A DNA stretch of 64,000 nucleotides, from positions 3,584,001 to 3,648,000 of the forward strand of contig CAVRAY010000001.1 of NCBI GenBank assembly GCA_963719225.1, in the 5' to 3' direction. The notes below the pieces were generated by a model. That model was not told where the DNA came from. It made no database searches and was given only the letters and a program-made list of their open reading frames with translations. Both the position numbers and the translations under genes were made by a program. This DNA comes from Thermoanaerobaculia bacterium. Its GTDB lineage: Bacteria > Acidobacteriota > Thermoanaerobaculia > UBA5066. Shown here in pieces: positions 57,275 to 64,000 of the stretch (within the stretch, counting starts at the first letter, position 1; each line of letters starts with the position of its first letter).

Positions 57275-58402
57275 TCAGGGTACGACGCGGAGGTTTCCGG
57301 CGCGAACGGCGGAGGCGGGAAGGAAATGCCCCACGACCGCCGCCACCGTGTCTCCGCCCGCGTGGAGGGACTCGACGAGGGCGGCCGCGAACGGGGCCGG
57401 CACCGCGAAGAGCAGTCCGCCCGACGTCTGCGCGTCGGCGAGAAGGAGAAGGTCGGTCTCGGTGACGCCGGGCGCGATCTCCAGGACCGGCCGGGCCGCC
57501 GCGAGATTGCGGCGGCTGCCGTCGGGCGCGACCCCGGCCGCCGCGAGCCGGCGCGCGCCCGGCAGAACGGGAACGGCGGAAGCCGTGACCTCGGCCGAGA
57601 CGCCACCCGAGCCGAGCATCTCCTTCAGATGGCCGAGGAGCCCGTAGCCCGTCACGTCCGTGGACGCCGAGATCGTGAAAGCGTCCGCCGCGCGCGCGGC
57701 CGAGCGGTTCAGCCGCGTCATCGAGGCGACCGCGGCGCGCTCCTCTTCCTCCGACGGGCCGGAGTCCTTCTTGAGGGCGGAGAAGAACGAGCTTTCCCTG
57801 AGGACCTGCGCTCTCATGGCCGACGTGAGGATTCCGGTTCCCACCGCTTTCGTGAGCACGATCGCGTCCCCCGCCCGCGCGCCCACGTTGCGGCGCAGGC
57901 GGGAGAGGCGCACGCGGCCCGTGACCGACATGCCGTAGACCGGTACGTCGAAATCGGTGGAATGCCCTCCGAGGATCGGGACCGCGGCGTCGCGCGCCAC
58001 CTCGGCGCCGCCCCGGAGGATTTCACCGAGCACCTCGAGCGGGAGCGCCTTCACCGGAAAGCCCACGAGGTTGAGAGCGAAAAGCGCCTCGCCCCCCATC
58101 GCGTAGATGTCCGAGAGCGCGTTCGCCGCCGCGACGCGCCCGAAGTCGAACGGAGAATCCACGACCGGCGTGAAGAAGTCGGTCGTCGCGAGCAGCGTCT
58201 CGGGATCCGGGTCGTCGGAAGAACCGAAGCGGAACACGGCCGCGTCGTCGGACGTGTCGTATCCGACGAGAGCACGCGGGTCGTGAGCCCGCGGCAACGC
58301 ACCCAGCAGCTTCACCAGGTCAGACTGACCCAGCTTGCAGGCTCAACCCGCCGACGACGCGAACATCAGGATCGACGGATGAGGCTTGATCGCCTTCTCC
58401 AT
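57275..58402 (-). CDS. selD: Selenide, water dikinase (selenophosphate synthetase), selenocysteine-containing
   Basis: Reading through UGA at 58343-58345 gives MEKAIKPHPSILMFASSAG-U-ACKLG...; DDAAV, TTDFFTP, ANALSDIYAMGG, GGHS, TDVTGYGL.GH, QTSGGLL. Confidence 0.93.
58315..58333 (-). promoter_or_regulatory. Putative bacterial SECIS hairpin
   Basis: CUGGGUCA-GUC-UGACCUGG stem-loop starting 9 nt after the Sec UGA, with an apical G. Confidence 0.6.
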
Positions 58403-58439
58403 GCTGGGAGTCTACTCAGATGGAGAGAGCGTCCCGTAT

Positions 58440-58724
58440 CTACAGGTCGCCGGCTGCGAAGGATTCGCCGAGCTGGCGGAGGAGCATGTTCGTCGCGACT
58501 CCGGCGACAGCCCCCACGAGGACGCGACCCTTGTAGCGGCCCACGATGAACCCGACGAACGCCGCGCCTGCGAGGCACGCCATCGGGTGGCGCTGGACGG
58601 TCTCGAGAGCCGCTCTCTTCCAGTCGATGTCCTTCGGGAAGAAGTCGAAAGGCTCTCCGGGCCGGCCGACCGGGCCTTCGGGCGAGGCGCCATGGGGCGC
58701 CGGCTGGCGAACCGCGTCGTCCAT
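58440..58724 (-). CDS. Small membrane-anchored hypothetical protein (DUF883 partner-like)
   Basis: TGATG overlap with the upstream gene; 'VQRHP..LAGAAFVGFIVGR'. Confidence 0.6.
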   Translation of the reverse strand: MDDAVRQPAPHGASPEGPVGRPGEPFDFFPKDIDWKRAALETVQRHPMACLAGAAFVGFIVGRYKGRVLVGAVAGVATNMLLRQLGESFAAGDL

Positions 58725-59014
58725 CAGTCGTCTCTCCGGCGAAGGAGCAGGCCGAGCGCAAAGCCCACGCCGAGCGCGATCGCGACGGACTTGGCCGGGT
58801 TGTCCCGCACGTAGTTCGTCACCCCCGTCTGGACGTCTTCCCAGTCGGTATCGGCGAGCTTTTCCCGGAGCGCTCCGGCCCGTGCCTTCACGTTCCCGGC
58901 GACCTCACCCACCCTCTCGCGCAGGCGACCGGCCTTCTCGCCCACCGATTCGCGCGTCGCGTCGATCTTCTCCTCGACGACTCTTGCGGCGTCTTCGACC
59001 GTGCTGTTTGACAT
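58724..59014 (-). CDS. DUF883/ElaB/YqjD family membrane-anchored protein
   Basis: 'YVRDNPAKSVAIALGVGFALGLLLRRR'; GGAGG RBS before ATG 59014. Confidence 0.85.
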   Translation of the reverse strand: MSNSTVEDAARVVEEKIDATRESVGEKAGRLRERVGEVAGNVKARAGALREKLADTDWEDVQTGVTNYVRDNPAKSVAIALGVGFALGLLLRRRDD

Positions 59015-59084
59015 GGTCCGACCTCCTCGGGCCGGCGATCTTGTCACAGCCCGCGCGCCAGGGGAAGGTTACGATTGATGCGCG

Positions 59085-60359
59085 ATGCGCCCCTCGACGG
59101 CGCCGGCGCGCCTCGCCGGCCGGGAGCTCCACGAGGTTCCCCACCTCGCGCGGGCGGTTCTCGTCGGGACCGTCCGGCGGTTTCTCGACGCGCGCGGCTT
59201 CGACCTCGCGGCGAGCCTCGCGTACTCGGTGCTGCTCACGCTCGTTCCCCTCGTCGCGTGCGTCACCGTCCTCACGTCGACGTTCTTCGGAGAGTCGGGC
59301 ACCGGTCTCTACCGCCTGCTCCGCGTCCTCCCGGGGGCGGGGCGAGAGTTCCTCACGGACCTCCAGGCCTTCAGCATCAAGGCCACGTCCGTGTCGGGCA
59401 CGGCCACGCTCTTCTTTCTCGCGACGTCCCTGCGGACGTTCTTTCTCATCGAGGGCACGGTCCAGGCGCTCTGGGGCTCCACGGGCAACCCGCGCCGTCG
59501 CGTCCGACGCCTCGGAATGGCCATCTCCGTCATGATCCTCGGGCCGGTCGCCACGGGCGTCCTGACGTCCTTTCTCCTCGAGAGCGACGCGCCGTTCGGC
59601 AATTTCCGGTTCCTCGGATCCCTGCTGTCGTTCTGCCTGCTCGTCTATCTCTACCGCAAGCTGCCCGGCTCGTACGTGAGGTGGGCGCCCGCGGCGACCG
59701 CGGCCCTTCTCGTGAGCGCCGCGCTCACGCTCCTGCGCATCGGCTTCGCGCGCGGCGTCCTGCTCCTCACGTCCGTCAACCAGACGTACGGCTCGATCTC
59801 GGCGATCGTCATCTTCGTGATCGCGATCGGGATCATGACGACGATCTTTCTCGGCGGAGTCTCCCTGGCCCACGCGATCCAGTACCGCGACGAGTTCCTC
59901 GACCACGACACGCCTCCCGAGCGCACCGAAGAGGGCGGACGTCTTTACGTCGCGGTGCGCCTCCTGCTCGTGATGGCGACCGCGTGGAAAAACGATCGGG
60001 CGACGCGCACGCGCGTGGCTCTCGCCTCGGAGATCGGCCGGCCCGAGGAAGAGGTCGCCCCCCTCCTCGCGGAGCTCCTCGGCGAGGGGCTGCTCACGTC
60101 CGACCAGGACGGCAATCTCGCTCTCGCTCGCGCGCCCGAGACGATCTCGCTCTATGCCGTCGCCCGCGCGATCGGAGAGTCCGCGCTCCGGGCGGTCCCC
60201 TCGGGCCATGACGCAGCCGCCCAGACTCTGCACCGGGTCTTCGCGAGGGCGAACCGCGAGGAAAGGGCCGTTCTGCAGGGCACGAGCCTCAGGGATCTTC
60301 TCCGCAGCCCCGGAGAGGAGGAAGATCTCCTCCGGGAAGGGCTCGTCACGGTCCGATGA
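59085..60359 (+). CDS. YihY/BrkB family membrane protein with C-terminal winged-HTH extension
   Basis: 'AASLAYSVLLTLVP', multiple TM helices, 'TYGSI', and an Rrf2-like tail 'LARAPETISL'. Confidence 0.82.
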   Translation: MRPSTAPARLAGRELHEVPHLARAVLVGTVRRFLDARGFDLAASLAYSVLLTLVPLVACVTVLTSTFFGESGTGLYRLLRVLPGAGREFLTDLQAFSIKATSVSGTATLFFLATSLRTFFLIEGTVQALWGSTGNPRRRVRRLGMAISVMILGPVATGVLTSFLLESDAPFGNFRFLGSLLSFCLLVYLYRKLPGSYVRWAPAATAALLVSAALTLLRIGFARGVLLLTSVNQTYGSISAIVIFVIAIGIMTTIFLGGVSLAHAIQYRDEFLDHDTPPERTEEGGRLYVAVRLLLVMATAWKNDRATRTRVALASEIGRPEEEVAPLLAELLGEGLLTSDQDGNLALARAPETISLYAVARAIGESALRAVPSGHDAAAQTLHRVFARANREERAVLQGTSLRDLLRSPGEEEDLLREGLVTVR

Positions 60360-60874
60360 AAAGGCTTCTCACCGTTCTCGCCGTTCTCCTGGGACTCGCG
60401 ATCCTCGTCACGCTCGTGGGCTCGGGGATGAGAGCCGAGCACGTCGCGAAGTCCTCACGCCTGTACTCCGCGCAGCCCGAGCGCGTCTGGACCGCCCTCC
60501 TTTCCATCCGCCAGCTCCCGTTCGACCGGTCGGAACTCGCCAACATCGAAAACCCGGCGGAGAAGAATCGGGTGCCCGCGTCGCTGGAGGTCGTCGGCTC
60601 GCCGGTCAGGATCGAAGCTCCGATCCAGAGGCCGCCGGTCGAGCTCGTCGTGAAGACAGTCGAGCCAGGTCTGAGATATTCCGGCACGTGGACGATCGTC
60701 CTCACGCGCGAGAGCGACGGAACACGCGTCACGATCGTCGAAGACGCCATCATCAGTTCGCGCGTACTCCGTTTTTTCGTCAGGACGGTTCTCGGCGACG
60801 ACATCCTCATCGAAGGGATCTTCCGCGCCGTCAAACGCAAGCTCTCCGAGGGGCCACGCACGCTGGGCGGCTGA
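60356..60874 (+). CDS. SRPBCC-like hypothetical protein
   Basis: N-terminal TM helix, 'PERVW', 'GTWTIVL...GTRVTIVE'. Confidence 0.65.
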   Translation: MKRLLTVLAVLLGLAILVTLVGSGMRAEHVAKSSRLYSAQPERVWTALLSIRQLPFDRSELANIENPAEKNRVPASLEVVGSPVRIEAPIQRPPVELVVKTVEPGLRYSGTWTIVLTRESDGTRVTIVEDAIISSRVLRFFVRTVLGDDILIEGIFRAVKRKLSEGPRTLGG

Positions 60875-60901
60875 GCCGGCGCGGCCAGGTCCCATTCGGG
60901 T

Positions 60902-60931
60902 TTGACGCGCCTGCCGGCTTCCCGCTAATCT
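60902..60931 (+). promoter_or_regulatory. Putative sigma70 promoter of tRNA-Ala
   Basis: TTGACG, 18-nt spacer, TAATCT, about 20 nt upstream of the tRNA. Confidence 0.55.
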
Positions 60932-60951
60932 CCGCGACTCGCCGAACAGGT

Positions 60952-61028
60952 GGGGCTGTAGCTCAGTTTGGGAGAGCGCCTGAATCGCACTCAGGAGGTC
61001 GTCAGTTCGATCCTGATCAGCTCCACCA
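60952..61028 (+). tRNA. tRNA-Ala(CGC)
   Basis: GGGGCTG/CAGCTCC acceptor stem with G3:U70, anticodon arm CCTGA-ATCGCAC-TCAGG, GTTCGAT T-loop, encoded CCA. Confidence 0.97.
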
Positions 61029-61117
61029 CTTTACGTAGCTTCCGAGAGCTCCGGTACAGCAAACGGTAACGGGTCGCGTGCTTGCGGTTTGGACCGGTTT
61101 CCGCTGAACTGAGAGCC

Positions 61118-61345
61118 ATGAAAAGCACGAAAACGAAGGCCGAGCCGCGTACGACGCGTGGCTCGCGTGACCTGAAGACCGCGCTCAAGAGAGCGGCCGC
61201 CGCGCTCGAGAAGGCGGCCATGGCCGCGCCCCGGACCCGCGGCTCTCGCGACCTGAAGGTAGAGATCGAGCGCGCGAAGAAGGCCGTCAAGAAGGCCACG
61301 GCGATCGCGCGGACGACACGCGGCTCTCGCGACCTGAAGAGCTGA
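61118..61345 (+). CDS. Small basic protein with three TRGSRDLK repeats
   Basis: 75 aa; repeat conserved at the protein level with synonymous DNA variation; host-like codon usage. Confidence 0.6.
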   Translation: MKSTKTKAEPRTTRGSRDLKTALKRAAAALEKAAMAAPRTRGSRDLKVEIERAKKAVKKATAIARTTRGSRDLKS

Positions 61346-61529
61346 GCCGACTCCCCCTCTCTCATGGCCCGCTGGTCACGGCGCGTGCGAGGTGCAAGCG
61401 TGCGTGAGCGCACCCTCGCGCACGCGCCGTGCCCGCTAGCGACTCGACAGGAGGCTTCGCCGACGCCGAGGACACGCCCGAAGAGCACGGCCGGAGACAA
61501 CGCCCCCGGCGGCTCCGGCGAGAGGGGCT

Positions 61530-62420
61530 GGTGGCGCCGGCCGCGGCGGCAGCGCGCGTGCCGGGCCCCTCTTCCCCGGCCCTTCTCCCGGCACGCGCGC
61601 TGCAAACGCCGCTTGCCGATAAACGCGTTTATCGGCTCCGGTGCTTTTCATTTCCCGGCCGCGCGTGCGCGGCCGGGGGCACCCCTCTCGCCTCCGGGCG
61701 TCGCTTCGCTCGGCCGTTTACATAACGTGGCGCTATGTAAACCCGCCGGGGGCATTAAGGCGCGCGCGAATAGCGCGAGCTGCTTGAAGGCCTGTCATTG
61801 CGCGTGCTTTCTTCGCGCGCGTGCGTTTGCGGTCCTCGACGGGGCTGCGGTCCTCAACCCACGCGCGCGGCACGCTCGTGCCAGGCCGGGAGAGCGCGCG
61901 GGGCACGAAGGCACCGCGCGCGGCCTCCGGCCGCGCGCCGGAGGCGCGCAGCGCGCGAAATCTCTGGTGCTCCGGGGCGCGGCGCGAACCGTGCCGCGCG
62001 CAGGATCGAGGACGCGCAGGGACGAGAACCGCAGATGCCGCGCGCGAAGCGACGCACGGAGCGTGACGCGCCTACAGCGCCCGCGCCGAAGGCGCGCGCG
62101 AAAATTCTTCGCGCCGCTTCTCGAAGCCACGGATCTCGAGGAGGCCCCGGCGCCAAGCCCCCGCGCGCGCGAGTTGCTGCGCGCTACGGCGCGCAGCCTC
62201 AGCACATAGCGCTCGCGTTATGTGAAGGGCGCGAAGCGCCCCGGAGGCGTGCGGGGTGCCCCCGCGAAACGAAGTGAAGCGGGAAATGAAAGTGCCGGGG
62301 ACGGTAATAGGCCATTACCGGCCAGCGGCCGCGCGCGCAGCGCGTGGATGCAGCGCGCGTGACGGGCAGGGGAACGTGGGGCCCCGCCCGGCGCGCGCGC
62401 CGCAGAGCGCCCGGCGCCAA
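61530..62420. repeat. ~0.9-kb imperfect long inverted repeat (giant palindrome) with nested hairpins
   Basis: Left arm aligns to the reverse complement of the right arm, e.g. TTTCATTTCCC 61646-61656 / GGGAAATGAAA 62281-62291, and ACATAACG..GCGCTATGT at 61720 / 62204-62223. Centre hairpin at 61923-61945. Confidence 0.85.
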
Positions 62421-62658
62421 CGCCCCGCACGCCGGAGCTCGCGCGCGCGGGGCGGATGGTGCGCCGGGTACGCCGAGAGGAAAGCCGATCAGCGCGGAGC
62501 AGTCGAGAGCCGGGAGCGCGGCGCGCCGCTTGCGCGAGAGCGCGACGACCGAGCACGTGTACTCGCGCGCGTAGGTGGTCGCGCGCGAGCCGCAGCAAGC
62601 GGCGTGACGTCGCGGGCCGTCAGCGAGGGAAGTGCACTCCAAGCCGAGGCATCACGAA

Positions 62659-63048
62659 TCAGGCGCCGCGACTCTTCGCCCGGCGCTCGGCCAGCGCATC
62701 GATGATCTTGAAGACGGCCTTCTGGTCGTGCGGAGGCAGCTCGTCGAGTCGCTTGAGATGTTTCTGCCGCTGCACGCTCGTCGCGGGCGCCGCTCCCCCG
62801 CTGCGCTCCGGCGCCTTCTTGCGGCCGAGAAGAATGTCGGTCGAAACGTCGAGCGCGTCGGCGATCGCGACGAGGAGCTCGGGTGGCGGGGAAACTCCGC
62901 GCACCTCGTAATAGGTGATCGTCTGCTGCGGCACGCCAATCTTCTTGGCGAGCTCGGCCTGCGTCAGACCCTTCGCGATCCGGAAGCGCCGAATCCGGTC
63001 CCCGAGCGTCTCAGTATTGCCTGATTTCTTCTTCCGTTTCCGCGCCAT
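62659..63048 (-). CDS. XRE-family HTH transcriptional regulator
   Basis: 'LGDRIRRFRIAKGLTQAELAKKIGVPQQTITYYE...P...L.AIADALDVSTDILLG'. Confidence 0.9.
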   Translation of the reverse strand: MARKRKKKSGNTETLGDRIRRFRIAKGLTQAELAKKIGVPQQTITYYEVRGVSPPPELLVAIADALDVSTDILLGRKKAPERSGGAAPATSVQRQKHLKRLDELPPHDQKAVFKIIDALAERRAKSRGA

Positions 63049-63101
63049 TACCGCCGAGTTTAGGAGTGCTTCGGCAACACAAAGGCTAGCCGGGTTTGCC
63101 A

Positions 63102-63124
63102 GATTACATAAGACTTGTGTAATC
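63102..63124. promoter_or_regulatory. Operator-like inverted repeat GATTACA-N9-TGTAATC
   Basis: Perfect 7-bp arms in the AT-rich divergent region between the XRE and deaminase genes. Confidence 0.55.
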
Positions 63125-63311
63125 ACGGAGGCATCATCGGTACAGCAGGCGGTCAGGGGTATTTGCCCTAGGAAACGTGCTCACCCACTCGTAAGGCCTC
63201 GCTTTTTGGGGGAAAATGCTCGTGTCAGCCTTTATCGCAGACAGTCGCGCGCTGTCGCCCGGACCGCCACCGCGGGCTGCGACGCTTCCCTCCGCCTTAG
63301 AATCCTAGTGA

Positions 63312-64000
63312 ATGTCCGAACAAGACAACGCATTGATGCGAATCGCCGTTAGCGAGGCGTCGAAGTGTGTGCCTGAGAATGGTGGCGCCCGTCCGCGCGT
63401 CGGCGTAGTCGTGGCAAAAGATGGCGAACTCCTCTGTTCAGCACATCGCGGCGAATTGAAACCTGGCGAACACGCAGAATTCACCGCCCTCGAAGGGAAG
63501 CTCGCAACGACCCCGGTAGCGGGGGCCACCCTCTATACGACCCTCGAGCCGTGCACATCTCGCAACCATCCGAAGGTGCCGTGTGCAGAGCGCCTTATCC
63601 AGAGAAAGATCGCGCGCGTGCTCATCGGGATGCTTGATCCAAATCCAAACATATCGGGCCGCGGTCTTCGTCGTCTGCGCGAAGCTAATATCGTTACTGA
63701 ACTCTTCCCATCAAACCTAATGGCGGAACTCGAGGAGCTCAATCGAGAGTTCATCGCAACCTTCCCCTCCGCTGGGGCGGCTCCTCGCGCGGCCGAGCTA
63801 GCCCCTCCGACTCCGTCCGGCCCGTCTCCGGTCGACTACTCGCCTATCGTCCTTACCGGCAGGGGCCAACAAGCGTCGGCCCTTTTTTCCCTAAAAGCAG
63901 GCCTCCACGTCTTCAAGCTATCGCATGACGGGATGGGCCATTTTGGTGTCTGGCTACTCGACACCCGGGGTAACAAGATCGACCTACTAGCGAATCAGAA
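63312..64000 (+). CDS. Partial (3'-truncated) zinc-dependent deaminase (RibD/dCMP-deaminase-like) fused to a beta-rich C-terminal domain
   Basis: Hand-translated, absent from the ORF track: MSEQDNALMRIAVSEA...PRVGVVV...EHAEF...LYTTLEPCTSRNHPKVPC...IARVLIGMLDPNP; frame open to the window end. Confidence 0.88.
   Translation, partial: MSEQDNALMRIAVSEASKCVPENGGARPRVGVVVAKDGELLCSAHRGELKPGEHAEFTALEGKLATTPVAGATLYTTLEPCTSRNHPKVPCAERLIQRKIARVLIGMLDPNPNISGRGLRRLREANIVTELFPSNLMAELEELNREFIATFPSAGAAPRAAELAPPTPSGPSPVDYSPIVLTGRGQQASALFSLKAGLHVFKLSHDGMGHFGVWLLDTRGNKIDLLANQ

Noticed and set aside
58343-58345. selD pseudogene (premature stop)
   Set aside because: The TGA falls exactly at the catalytic Cys/Sec position and is followed by a SECIS-like hairpin.
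61150-61342. CRISPR-like array from three ~21-nt repeats
   Set aside because: The repeats are in frame, vary synonymously, have ~60-nt gaps and no cas genes nearby; they are a protein repeat.
61716-62224. Integron attC sites or the chromosomal dif site
   Set aside because: No cassette ORF array or IntI gene and no clear RYYYAAC...GTTRRRY boundaries. Spacers of 7-8 nt and the mirrored duplication do not fit a single canonical dif.
61364-62705. ORFs across the palindromic region (61364..62209, 61798..62277, 62256..62705, etc.)
   Set aside because: Arg/Ala low-complexity translations with no RBS or codon bias; better explained by the repeat structure.
63312-64000. Housekeeping ribD
   Set aside because: The deaminase domain is followed by a Pro-rich linker and an unrelated beta domain; GC is atypical and there is no rib operon.

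Overview
High-GC (roughly 70% by eye) bacterial chromosome window. Gene content suggests Acidobacteriota (possibly Thermoanaerobaculia-like), which is an inference. Most of it is core or housekeeping: era-corC-ybeY-phoH, a MacAB-type ABC exporter, S9 peptidase, a fused aconitase-family hydro-lyase, UvrD, HD-GYP and multi-GAF kinase, an NfnAB-like fused oxidoreductase, efp, a FadL/SGNH-lipase/FakAB lipid cluster, gcvTH-PA-PB, a selenocysteine-containing selD and tRNA-Ala(CGC). Four regions stand out. (1) At 20.9-29.5 kb, an ECF43-like sigma factor/Ser-Thr kinase pair is flanked by an uncharacterised beta-barrel/secreted-protein module; both flanks share the promoter-like motif TGAGCC-N15-TGCGCT and two secreted proteins share a paralogous domain. 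(2) Downstream of tRNA-Ala, an island edge carries a small basic repeat protein, a ~0.9-kb non-coding imperfect palindrome with nested tyrosine-recombinase-like sites, an XRE repressor with an operator-like site, and a stand-alone RibD-like deaminase missed by the ORF track. (3) A putative R-S-ExE ADP-ribosyltransferase lies next to hicBA. (4) Leaderless-type promoters are widespread and an AT-rich motif recurs across the window. No CRISPR array, rRNA, integrase or transposase was seen. All alignments and folds were done by eye.
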